Part shown: positions 31,596 to 41,696 of the stretch, piece by piece | Position numbering within the stretch: position 1 is the first letter of the stretch | Layout of the letters: each line of letters starts with the position of its first letter | Origin: Methylophilaceae bacterium | GTDB lineage: Bacteria; Pseudomonadota; Gammaproteobacteria; Burkholderiales; Methylophilaceae | DNA length: 64,000 nt | Assembly (NCBI GenBank): GCA_036504995.1 | Contig: DASXUG010000001.1 | Coordinates: forward strand, 118,077-182,076 | Direction of reading: 5' to 3' | Program-made: the position numbers and the translations under genes | The notes under the pieces: generated by a model | Told to the model about the DNA's origin: nothing | The model's database searches: none | What the model saw: only the letters and a program-made list of their open reading frames with translations

Positions 31596-32534
31596 ATGGA
31601 AATTTTTAAAATAAAGCGTGACATTCCGTTTATGAGTTATGGCCGTATTACCACCGCCATTTCACTGATTACGTTTGTATTGGCCGTGTTTTTTCTTGTA
31701 CAAAAAGGGCTTAACCTAGGTGTTGATTTCACTGGCGGCACCTTGATGGAAGTAAGTTATCCGCAAGCCGCCGATGTACAAAAAATCCGTGAAGCGGTTG
31801 ATGCTATTGGTCTGCAAGACGCGACAGTGCAAAACTTCGGTACTAGTCATGATGTGTTGATTCGTTTGCCATTGAAGCCTAAATTGTCGATTTCACAGCT
31901 TTCTGAGCAAGTGTTAACGGCCCTACAAAAAGCAGATCCTAGCGTCAAAATGAGTCGCGTAGAATCTGTAGGCGCCCAAGTCGGGCAAGAGCTATATGAA
32001 AATGGCGCGCTGGCTTTATTGCTGGTGTCATTCGGGATTGTCGCGTATTTGGCCTTGCGATTTGAGTGGCGTTTTGCGGTAGCTGCAATTCTTGCCAATA
32101 TGCATGACGTGGTCATTATTCTTGGCTTCTTTGCCTTCTTTCAATGGGAATTTAACCTTACCGTGCTAGCCGCAATTTTGGCGGTGTTAGGTTACTCAGT
32201 GAACGAGTCCGTGGTGGTGTTTGACAGAGTGCGCGAAAACTTCCGTAAAATGCGTAAAGCCAGCGTGACGCATGTGATTGATAACGCGATTACCCGCACC
32301 ATGTCACGTACCGTGATTACCCACTTCTGTACGCAATTAATGGTGCTTTCGATGTTTTTGTTTGGCGGCGAAGTGTTACATAACTTCTCATTAGCACTTA
32401 CCATCGGTATTTTGTTCGGTATTTATTCTTCAGTGTTGGTTGCTTGCCCAATCGCTATGTATTTGGGTGTTTCACGTGCCAATTTGATGAGTGGCGCTGA
32501 GAAAAAGCCTGAAGATATTGACGGCAACCCTTAA
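31596..32534 (+). CDS. secF: protein translocase subunit SecF
   Basis: 312 aa. GVDFTGGT block and the SecF TM core. Confidence 0.95.
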   Translation: MEIFKIKRDIPFMSYGRITTAISLITFVLAVFFLVQKGLNLGVDFTGGTLMEVSYPQAADVQKIREAVDAIGLQDATVQNFGTSHDVLIRLPLKPKLSISQLSEQVLTALQKADPSVKMSRVESVGAQVGQELYENGALALLLVSFGIVAYLALRFEWRFAVAAILANMHDVVIILGFFAFFQWEFNLTVLAAILAVLGYSVNESVVVFDRVRENFRKMRKASVTHVIDNAITRTMSRTVITHFCTQLMVLSMFLFGGEVLHNFSLALTIGILFGIYSSVLVACPIAMYLGVSRANLMSGAEKKPEDIDGNP

Positions 32535-32578
32535 CCCCTATCTTTTACAGCAATTAGCCCTTAAAAACTTGACAACCT

Positions 32579-32612
32579 AATGAGATAACGCAGAAACTAG
32601 CGTTATCTCATT
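32579..32612 (+). terminator. 13-bp perfect stem-loop after secF
   Basis: AATGAGATAACGC-N8-GCGTTATCTCATT. The T-run is poor, so it may be a terminator or a 5'UTR structure of the next gene. Confidence 0.35.
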
Positions 32613-32627
32613 CACTATCGAACTTAA

Positions 32628-33887
32628 TTGGATTCCATTCCCGTACCCCTGCAGTTTGGTATTTTGATACTACTGCTCTCGATTTCTGCTTTCTTTTCAA
32701 TCGCCGAAACCAGCCTAATGTCGCTTAACCGTTATCGGATGCGGCATTTAGCTAATGAAGGTCATCGTGGCGCAAAACTAGCGCGCAAACTCCTGTCACA
32801 AACAGATAAGTTGCTGGGCGTGATTTTACTTGGCAATACCTTGTGTATCGCGGCCTCATCAACCATCGTCACCGTGCTTACCGTACAGCTTTTTGGCGAG
32901 GGGGAATGGATATTGATGATAGGTACACTAGCGATTACTTTTGCTATTCTGGTATTTAGTGAGATTTCGCCCAAAGTGATTGCGGCTGCTTATCCAGAAA
33001 AAATTGGCTTTGCTTGTAGTTATTTGCTTTATCCCCTGTTGTGGCTGTTTAACCCAGTGGTTACCTTTGTAAATTTATTTGTCAGTGCGTTCGTACGCCT
33101 GTTGGGTATTAAGCTCAACTTTAGTGAGAGCATGCATGCTGTCACTACAGAAGAGCTCAAAAGTATTGTGACAGAAGCGGGTAGTTATATTCCTAAAAAG
33201 AATCGGACAATTCTGCTTAATCTGTTTGATTTAGAGAGCGCTACCGTCGACGATGTGATGACCGCACACACACAAATTGAAGCGATTGATTTAGATCAGC
33301 CGATTGAGGAAATGGTACAAAAGCTAAGTACTAGCAACCATACGCGCTTACCCGTACGCAGAAGTAGTGGTGAGGAGATTGTGGGTATCCTACATCTAAG
33401 AAAAATTATGACGCGTTTGCGTGATGGAGATCTCACGGTAGAAGATATAGAAGAGGTGATGAAAGAGCCCTACTTTATCCCTGCCAGCACACCGCTGTAC
33501 ACACAGATGCAACAGTTCCAAGAGCATCGCCGTCGCATCGCTTTGGTGGTTGATGAGTATGGTGAACTAAAAGGCTTAATCACTATCGAAGATATATTGG
33601 AAGAAATTATTGGTGACTTTACCGCCCAATCCCCGTTAAGACACGGTAGCTATCGTCAAGAAGAAGACGGCAGCTGGATTGTGGATGGCAGTGCTAGTTT
33701 GCGCGATCTCAATAAAAAACTCGGCTTTGAATTCCCTTTAGATGGTCCTAAGACCATGAATGGTCTGGTGTTAGAGCACTTTGAAGATATCCCTGAGCCT
33801 AACACTAGTTTTAAAATAGGAATACATGCGCTTGAGGTCTTGCAGACTCAGGATCGGGTTGTGAAAAGCGTAAGAATATACGCCTAA
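32628..33887 (+). CDS. HlyC/CorC family transporter (DUF21-CBS pair-CorC_HlyC)
   Basis: 419 aa. N-terminal 4-TM DUF21 region, CBS-pair region, C-terminal transporter-associated domain. TTG start. Confidence 0.85.
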   Translation: MDSIPVPLQFGILILLLSISAFFSIAETSLMSLNRYRMRHLANEGHRGAKLARKLLSQTDKLLGVILLGNTLCIAASSTIVTVLTVQLFGEGEWILMIGTLAITFAILVFSEISPKVIAAAYPEKIGFACSYLLYPLLWLFNPVVTFVNLFVSAFVRLLGIKLNFSESMHAVTTEELKSIVTEAGSYIPKKNRTILLNLFDLESATVDDVMTAHTQIEAIDLDQPIEEMVQKLSTSNHTRLPVRRSSGEEIVGILHLRKIMTRLRDGDLTVEDIEEVMKEPYFIPASTPLYTQMQQFQEHRRRIALVVDEYGELKGLITIEDILEEIIGDFTAQSPLRHGSYRQEEDGSWIVDGSASLRDLNKKLGFEFPLDGPKTMNGLVLEHFEDIPEPNTSFKIGIHALEVLQTQDRVVKSVRIYA

Positions 33888-33970
33888 AACAAACTTTCAG
33901 AAAAAACACCAATAACTAGGCTTAATTGGGGCTTGAAATTTTTAGAATTAGGCTCACAATAGATATAAAT

Positions 33971-34282
33971 ATGGCAAGTACTCGGCATCAAGAAAATATA
34001 CTGGAGAAATCCAAGGCGGAAAAAATTAAACCTCCGTCTATGTATAAAGTTATGCTTTTTAATGACGATTACACACCTATGGAGTTTGTTGTTGATGTGA
34101 TTCAGCGATTCTTTCTTAAGAGCCGCGAACAAGCGACGCAAATTATGTTGAAGGTGCATACTGAGGGTATGGGCGTATGTGGCGTTTATCCGCGAGATAT
34201 TGCCGACACCAAAGTAAATCAAGTAATGAGCTATGCCCAAGAACATCAACACCCACTCCAATGTGGCATGGAAGAAGTTTAG
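33971..34282 (+). CDS. clpS: ATP-dependent Clp protease adaptor ClpS
   Basis: 103 aa from ATG 33971. [28 protein letters not shown] is the signature ClpS core. Confidence 0.93.
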   Translation: MASTRHQENILEKSKAEKIKPPSMYKVMLFNDDYTPMEFVVDVIQRFFLKSREQATQIMLKVHTEGMGVCGVYPRDIADTKVNQVMSYAQEHQHPLQCGMEEV

Positions 34283-34418
34283 TTTATAGATCTGTGCTTT
34301 GTTGCATGGAATTAAAATTGCTTCTGATTATCCAAGCTGAATAGAACGTACTTTTATTTTCCTCTGGTTTTTAGTTGTGGGAAAAAGTAGTAATTTTGAT
34401 CTTACCAAGGTGTACAAA

Positions 34419-36704
34419 ATGATTGCTCAAGAACTCGAAGTATCACTACATATGGCCTTTATGGATGCGCGCCAAAAGCGCCATGAACTTATCACGGTTG
34501 AGCACTTGCTGCTTGCGATGATAGATAACCCGACTGCGGCTGATGTTCTGCGCTCTTGCGGTGCAAATCTTGATAATTTGCGCTCGGAGTTAGTGAGCTA
34601 TATTGAGGAGCATACTCCGACAGTAGACGGTACAGACGAGGTGGATACACAGCCCACACTCGGCTTTCAACGCGTGATTCAACGCGCCATTTTACATGTA
34701 CAGTCCTCAGGTAAAAAAGAAGTGACTGGTGCCAACGTATTGGTTGCCATTTACGGCGAAAAAGACTCTCATGCAGTATTTTTCTTGCACCAACAAGGGG
34801 TAACACGCCTCGATGTGGTGAACTTTATCTCTCATGGTGTAGCGAAAGTTGCAGACAACAATGCGACGAAACGTGTAGAGAGTGAGCAGGAAACAGAATC
34901 TGAACCAGTGCCAGCGGGTGCGCTCGAAAACTTTACTGAGAATTTAAATCAACAAGTGTTGGCGGGCAAAATTGACCCGTTGATCGGACGCGATCAGGAA
35001 TTGGAGCGGGTCATTCAAACCTTGTGCCGTCGCCGCAAAAACAACCCATTGCTGGTGGGTGAGGCTGGTGTAGGTAAAACTGCCATCGCGGAGGGCTTGG
35101 CACGTCGTATTGTTGAAGGTAACGTGCCAGATGTGTTATCAAAAGCCGTGATTTACTCACTTGATATGGGCGCTTTATTGGCAGGTACCAAGTATCGTGG
35201 CGATTTCGAGCAACGCTTAAAAGCCGTGATGAAAAAACTATCAGAGCAGCCAGATGCTGTATTGTTTATTGACGAGATTCACACGCTGATTGGTGCTGGC
35301 GCTGCAAGTGGTGGCACGTTAGATGCGTCTAATTTGCTTAAACCAGCGCTTTCAAACGGCTCACTAAAATGCATTGGTGCAACGACTTACCAAGAGTATC
35401 GCGGTATCTTCGAAAAAGATCACGCGCTTTCACGTCGCTTCCAAAAAGTGGATGTGGTTGAACCTAGCATTGCTGAAACCATTGAAATACTAAAGGGCTT
35501 GAAGTCTCGCTTTGAGAAACACCATAGCGTGAAATACACCGCATCTGCATTAAGTACTGCGGTAGAGCTTTCAGCCAAGTATATTAACGACCGCCATTTA
35601 CCTGATAAGGCGATTGATATCATTGATGAAGCTGGTGCAGCGCAACGCATTTTGCCTAAATCAAAACAGAAAAAAGTAATTGGCAATAAGGAGATTGAAG
35701 ACATTATTGCTAAAGTAGCGCGCATTCCGCCTAAAAATATCACAGCTGATGACCGCAGTGCGCTCAAAACGCTTGATCGTGACCTGAAGGCTACTGTGTT
35801 CGGCCAAGATAAGGCAATTGATGCCTTAGCTTCAGCCATTAAGATGGCGCGTAGTGGTTTAGGTAGTTCAACTAAACCGATAGGCTCATTCTTGTTCTCA
35901 GGCCCGACTGGCGTAGGTAAAACGGAAGTGGCTCGCCAATTGGCTTATACGCTAGGCATTGAGTTGATTCGTTTTGATATGTCTGAATATATGGAGCGTC
36001 ATGCAGTTTCACGCTTAATCGGTGCACCTCCAGGTTATGTGGGTTTTGAGCAAGGTGGTTTGTTGACTGAAGCCATTACTAAACATCCCTATTGCGTATT
36101 ATTGCTGGATGAAATTGAAAAGGCGCATCCTGATATTTTTAATATCTTGTTGCAAGTGATGGATCACGGTACTTTGACGGATAATAATGGTCGTAAAGCG
36201 GATTTCCGTAACGTGACGATTATTATGACGACGAACGCAGGTGCGGAAGCCATTTCTAAAACCAGCATAGGCTTTACCCTTGGTAAGCATGAGGGTGATG
36301 AAATGGCGGATATTAAACGTATGTTTACACCAGAGTTCCGTAATCGTCTGGATGCAACGGTATCATTTGCACCGTTGTCTGAAGAAGTCATCATGCGCGT
36401 AGTGGATAAATTCCTGATGCAGCTTGAAGACCAATTGCACGAGAAAAAAGTAGAGGCCACCTTCACCAATAAGCTTAAAGCTTACCTTGGTAAAAAAGGC
36501 TTCGATCCACTTATGGGTGCGCGCCCCATGTCTCGTTTGATTCAAGATACGATTCGTCGTGCCTTGGCAGATGAGCTATTATTTGGGCGTTTAGCCAATG
36601 GCGGTAACGTGAAGGTCGATGTGAATGATAAAGACGAAATCACGTTAATCTTTGATGAGACTGGCATCAGTGCTGAAAAGCCTTTAGCTGCAGACGTGGT
36701 TTAA
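34419..36704 (+). CDS. clpA: ATP-dependent Clp protease ATP-binding subunit ClpA
   Basis: 761 aa from ATG 34419 ([14 protein letters not shown]). Two AAA+ modules ([16 protein letters not shown]) without a long middle domain. Follows clpS. Confidence 0.96.
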   Translation: MIAQELEVSLHMAFMDARQKRHELITVEHLLLAMIDNPTAADVLRSCGANLDNLRSELVSYIEEHTPTVDGTDEVDTQPTLGFQRVIQRAILHVQSSGKKEVTGANVLVAIYGEKDSHAVFFLHQQGVTRLDVVNFISHGVAKVADNNATKRVESEQETESEPVPAGALENFTENLNQQVLAGKIDPLIGRDQELERVIQTLCRRRKNNPLLVGEAGVGKTAIAEGLARRIVEGNVPDVLSKAVIYSLDMGALLAGTKYRGDFEQRLKAVMKKLSEQPDAVLFIDEIHTLIGAGAASGGTLDASNLLKPALSNGSLKCIGATTYQEYRGIFEKDHALSRRFQKVDVVEPSIAETIEILKGLKSRFEKHHSVKYTASALSTAVELSAKYINDRHLPDKAIDIIDEAGAAQRILPKSKQKKVIGNKEIEDIIAKVARIPPKNITADDRSALKTLDRDLKATVFGQDKAIDALASAIKMARSGLGSSTKPIGSFLFSGPTGVGKTEVARQLAYTLGIELIRFDMSEYMERHAVSRLIGAPPGYVGFEQGGLLTEAITKHPYCVLLLDEIEKAHPDIFNILLQVMDHGTLTDNNGRKADFRNVTIIMTTNAGAEAISKTSIGFTLGKHEGDEMADIKRMFTPEFRNRLDATVSFAPLSEEVIMRVVDKFLMQLEDQLHEKKVEATFTNKLKAYLGKKGFDPLMGARPMSRLIQDTIRRALADELLFGRLANGGNVKVDVNDKDEITLIFDETGISAEKPLAADVV

Positions 36705-36752
36705 CTTAACTTTAGTTTTAGCTTAGCGCTAGTCTTAACAGTAGTCAGAAAT

Positions 36753-36782
36753 AAAAAAGGTGAACTTAGGTTCACCTTTTTT
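36753..36782. terminator. bidirectional intrinsic terminator between clpA and the GST gene
   Basis: AAAAAA-GGTGAAC-TTAG-GTTCACC-TTTTTT. Confidence 0.8.
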
Positions 36783-36810
36783 ATTGGGGCTTGTTTATAT
36801 AATCTCAAAT

Positions 36811-37437
36811 TTATTCGGTCCAAGTTGGATATTTTTCCATCACGCTTGTAAATAAATCTGACGCTACCAGAGTTGCCAGCCAAGCACGTAGTTTTGGATA
36901 GGGGCTAAGCTCAAACCACGCGGCGTCCACTGCTGCAAATTGGCGGATAAACGGAAAAATTGCCACATCTGCAAGACTTAAACGGTCACCCAATAAAAAT
37001 GTTTCTGCGTTTAGACGGTCCTCAAGTAGCTGTAAAAATACCTCACCTTGCGCTCGATACTCTGCTTGCGACTGCTCTGGGAAACGGTCAGGATATTTAT
37101 ATCGATCTAACGCGCGTTTAAATGCACCGTCATTTTCGACTATTAGCCCATCAATGAGTTGCTGAAGTGCTGGTTGCTTAAGCCGCTGCCAGTCAGCTGA
37201 GTCTTGCTGCTGCAATGCCCAGCGCATGATATGTAGGCTTTCTTCCAACACCATGCCGTTTTGTAACACCAGTACAGGCACTGTGCCTTTGGGAGATGCC
37301 TGTAACATAGCGGAGGGTTTGTCACGCAAAGATATTTCACGTATTTCCACTTCTACGTTTGCATAACGTAAAGCCATGCGTGCGCGCATAGCGTAAGGAC
37401 AGCGTCGATAAGAATAAAGGATGTGATGGTTTGGCAT
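36811..37437 (-). CDS. glutathione S-transferase family protein (thioredoxin-like N-domain with CPYA motif)
   Basis: 208 aa. ILYSYRRCPYAMRARMAL...VPVLV N-terminal GST/Grx-like fold plus a helical C-domain. Confidence 0.7.
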   Translation of the reverse strand: MPNHHILYSYRRCPYAMRARMALRYANVEVEIREISLRDKPSAMLQASPKGTVPVLVLQNGMVLEESLHIMRWALQQQDSADWQRLKQPALQQLIDGLIVENDGAFKRALDRYKYPDRFPEQSQAEYRAQGEVFLQLLEDRLNAETFLLGDRLSLADVAIFPFIRQFAAVDAAWFELSPYPKLRAWLATLVASDLFTSVMEKYPTWTE

Positions 37438-37535
37438 AAAAGAGTGTTTATGCTACCACGCCAAAAACTGTAGTGGCATGTGACCGCCGCTTGGCCATGC
37501 AAAATATGTAAATTATCGTTGACAGTTTAAAATTA

Positions 37536-37587
37536 ATGGATTTAAAATGGATTCTTAATGTATTATTTATGGATTTTAAAATACCAT
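37536..37587 (+). promoter_or_regulatory. cluster of ATGGATT repeats, including the imperfect palindrome ATGGATTTTAAAATACCAT, upstream of the LuxR-type gene
   Basis: ATGGATT at 37536, 37547 and 37569. 15-mer ATGGATTTAAAATGG at 37536-37550. Near-palindrome at 37569-37587. Confidence 0.3.
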
Positions 37588-37663
37588 CTAACTGATATAA
37601 ATTATTGGTCTATGGTCAGTTGTTTATTGGGTAATTCGTGGTTTTTTTCTTAGGGGAGCAGAA

Positions 37664-37732
37664 ATGCAACTGATTCGTGTGGGCTTAAGCGCTCCAACTC
37701 AGTTTGTAAGCCAAAACAGTGGATTAACTTAA
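37664..37732 (+). CDS. 22-codon mini-ORF (MQLIRVGLSAPTQFVSQNSGLT), possible leader or small peptide
   Basis: GGGGAG Shine-Dalgarno-like sequence 7 nt upstream of the ATG. The TAA stop (37730-37732) overlaps the AAGGAG Shine-Dalgarno sequence of the next gene. Below the ORF-track length cutoff. Confidence 0.25.
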   Translation: MQLIRVGLSAPTQFVSQNSGLT

Positions 37733-37742
37733 GGAGAATATC

Positions 37743-37970
37743 ATGTGTAACAGCCCATTAACGCCTGCATTACGAAAGTTAATGCATACATGCCAAATTT
37801 TAAAGACAACAGAAGCCAAAGTATTGGCTGCACACCTCAATAAATCACCCGCTACCGTACGTACTGAGTTTCAACGCATTATGACGCTGATGAATGTGAA
37901 TTGTCGTTATGCAGCACTAAAAACGGCTGAGGAAAATGGTTGGATAGAGGATGGTTCGCTTTATCATTAA
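37743..37970 (+). CDS. stand-alone LuxR/GerE-type helix-turn-helix transcription regulator
   Basis: 75 aa. LTPALRKLMH...TTEAKVLAAHLNKSPATVRTEFQRIMTLMNVNCRYAALKTAEENGWI fits the LuxR C-terminal HTH layout. AAGGAG Shine-Dalgarno sequence 6 nt upstream. Confidence 0.65.
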   Translation: MCNSPLTPALRKLMHTCQILKTTEAKVLAAHLNKSPATVRTEFQRIMTLMNVNCRYAALKTAEENGWIEDGSLYH

Positions 37971-37997
37971 TGCGCACTAAATGTATGCATTTGCAGT

Positions 37998-38012
37998 ATG
38001 GATTTTTAATGG
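37998..38012 (+). promoter_or_regulatory. second copy of the ATGGATTTnnAATGG motif, upstream of the 431-aa gene
   Basis: ATGGATTTTTAATGG matches ATGGATTTAAAATGG (37536-37550) at 13 of 15 positions. It lies 62 nt upstream of ATG 38074. Confidence 0.3.
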
Positions 38013-38073
38013 TATCTAACTTAATCTGAAGGTGTTGGGTATATCCCACATATAAACTATTAAGGAGAGAACC

Positions 38074-39369
38074 ATGGACGAACATCAGTCAAAAATCCCT
38101 TGTTGCCCAGAACTCATAGAGGACAATCATTGTGATATTTTCAATTTTACTCGGGTACTCACTTACCCGACCAATGTAGAGTCACGCAATGGGCAGCAAG
38201 TGAGTGTGGAGGTGATTCTACATTTTAAATTTTCACGTTGTACCTTAGGCCTTACGCTTGGCGATCCTGCGTACAGCACCACATTACTCCCTGGCGAAAA
38301 AGTGCGCTTGAGCACCACCGATAGGAGAAGTCGTTTTAGCTTTGATAGTGAGAGCACGTTAAGCTATCGCAGCGAGCAAATCTCTGAAGATCAGTATTTT
38401 ATGACGGCTGCGCAGAAATATATGGCAGACGGTTCTGCCGCCCAGTCAGGACATGCGAGCAGTACATCCGCGAGTAATTGGGATTTTCATGGAGACGCCA
38501 GTGGTAGTATTGGCATACTTTCATTAAGCGCAGATGCCAGCACCAACGCTAGTGGTCATCATAATAGCAGCTCGGTTGCTGATTATTTAAATCAACAAAG
38601 TACCCATATGCAAAGTGCGTCTGCACAAGCTGTTAGCGCTACGCATAAGGCGCACTCAGTTTCTATTGGTGAGGTCTCAAGCCGCACTCACATGCAGGGA
38701 GAGTCAGAAGATCACTATGAGGCATCATCGCGCGAGTTTAGTAATTTAAATAAATGCCACGCAGTGACTTATACCTTTTACCGAATTAATAAAAAACAGA
38801 AAGTTAAATTCGAGCTGCTGGCTATTGAAAAGCGTGTCCTTGATGACAATGCTCCTATTGGCGGTATTCTGCAAACACCCGCCACTAAGCCACTACCCAT
38901 TGCATTGGTGCCGCAAGATATCGCCGCAACTGCAGTGATCAAGCGTAGCACAGCGGCTGGTAATGTGGCAGGTGCAAATCTTGAATCCGCAGCCTCATTA
39001 GCCGCCACACCCAATTTGCTACGTAGCAATTTGTTAATTAATGCTGATTTTAAAACGCCTATCGATAATGCAATTCGAGAAAAAGCCCTTAACTTTGTGA
39101 GCGAGCAATTGGTCGCAAAAAATCTTATTGGTAAAGATGGCAAAGTGACCAAAGAGATTAAGCAAAGTGTTGAATTCGAGTCAGAGTTCTCTCTGCCAAC
39201 CCCAGGCGTCATCGTGAAAGGTTGTTTAGATGAGTGTGATGTTTGTGAGCCGCTACTCAAAGAGCGTATGCAGTTAGAAAACGATTTGCTACGCAAACAA
39301 ATCGAGTTGTTAGATAAGTCACAAGAGTATCGCTGCTGTACTGTCCCCGCAGTGGAGCCGTGCCCTTAG
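38074..39369 (+). CDS. hypothetical 431-aa protein, no family recognised (terminal Cys clusters, S/A/H-rich core, C-terminal coiled coil)
   Basis: Long ORF with a consensus AAGGAGA Shine-Dalgarno sequence 6 nt upstream. No signal peptide or TM segment seen. See findings. Confidence 0.75.
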   Translation: MDEHQSKIPCCPELIEDNHCDIFNFTRVLTYPTNVESRNGQQVSVEVILHFKFSRCTLGLTLGDPAYSTTLLPGEKVRLSTTDRRSRFSFDSESTLSYRSEQISEDQYFMTAAQKYMADGSAAQSGHASSTSASNWDFHGDASGSIGILSLSADASTNASGHHNSSSVADYLNQQSTHMQSASAQAVSATHKAHSVSIGEVSSRTHMQGESEDHYEASSREFSNLNKCHAVTYTFYRINKKQKVKFELLAIEKRVLDDNAPIGGILQTPATKPLPIALVPQDIAATAVIKRSTAAGNVAGANLESAASLAATPNLLRSNLLINADFKTPIDNAIREKALNFVSEQLVAKNLIGKDGKVTKEIKQSVEFESEFSLPTPGVIVKGCLDECDVCEPLLKERMQLENDLLRKQIELLDKSQEYRCCTVPAVEPCP

Positions 39370-39457
39370 GCAGTGTCAAGATAAGGCGTGATGGTGTTCT
39401 AACATCATTGCTATTAATCACTCAATTTAATGAGGCTAAAGAAAAGGAGTCAATCTT

Positions 39458-39739
39458 ATGAACAATAAATTATGGTCATTCACTGTAGGTATAACACTGT
39501 GTATGATTTTAAGCTCACCTGTTTTTGGTAAAGGTGGCTCAGACGCCGCAGAAGGCAAAGTAGTGGGTGGCGACAATCCAGACAAGCTCACCTCAGATAT
39601 TGTGGACTCACATGAAGAGGTGCCACCACCTAGCCATAGCCAAATCAGCAGTTCGGATATTCAAGAACGTAAAGCCGTGCTGAGATGCAAAAAATTAAAG
39701 CCAGCGTTGCAGCAAAAGTGTTTGGATAATTTACCTTAA
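39458..39739 (+). CDS. small secreted protein, unknown function
   Basis: 93 aa. AAGGAG Shine-Dalgarno sequence. Signal peptide MNNKLWSFTVGITLCMILSSPVFG. Acidic middle, basic C-terminus with two Cys. Confidence 0.55.
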   Translation: MNNKLWSFTVGITLCMILSSPVFGKGGSDAAEGKVVGGDNPDKLTSDIVDSHEEVPPPSHSQISSSDIQERKAVLRCKKLKPALQQKCLDNLP

Positions 39740-39766
39740 GATCATCCAAACGGGTGCGCTAAAAAG

Positions 39767-39796
39767 TGTGAGCAACGCTGTAATAGGTTGCTCACA
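39767..39796. terminator. stem-loop terminator between convergent genes
   Basis: TGTGAGCAAC-N10-GTTGCTCACA, a perfect 10-bp stem. AAAAAG on one flank and a T-rich sequence (TTCGGTGTTCT) on the other. Confidence 0.6.
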
Positions 39797-39833
39797 TTCG
39801 GTGTTCTCGTGAGTGCTTGGCTCAGTATTTTCT

Positions 39834-41523
<1,690 letters not shown>

Positions 41524-41696
41524 AAATATTTACCTTATAAAAAAGTGTTAAAATTCAATCATCAAGCTCAAATGAGCGGAATTTACACATTGCCTAAAAT
41601 GCGAATTTATGCGATTTTATCACTCTAGCAAAAATCACTCACAAAATAAGTCAAAATAGATACTAGGCTCGCAATCACTTTAGCTTAAAAAACACT

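Noticed and set aside
33926-34418. Longer N-terminal starts offered by the ORF track for clpS (33926) and clpA (34377). The same applies to surA (44239), murU (40559), the PEP-CTERM gene (48363) and the BNR protein (308).
   Set aside because: The internal ATG codons give the family-typical N-terminus or signal peptide in each case. They also remove overlaps with upstream genes.
38778-39296. A 172-aa ORF antisense to the 431-aa gene.
   Set aside because: It lies entirely within the much longer sense ORF, which has a consensus Shine-Dalgarno sequence. No ribosome-binding site was seen for the antisense ORF. Its Ser/Ala/Leu-rich composition is what the complement of an S/A-rich gene would give. 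It is a typical shadow ORF.
37438-39833. Evidence that the orphan module is a recently acquired mobile island (flanking direct repeats, composition shift).
   Set aside because: I could not find flanking direct repeats or mobility genes by eye. I also cannot compute GC or codon statistics reliably here, so horizontal origin is left as an open question rather than a claim.
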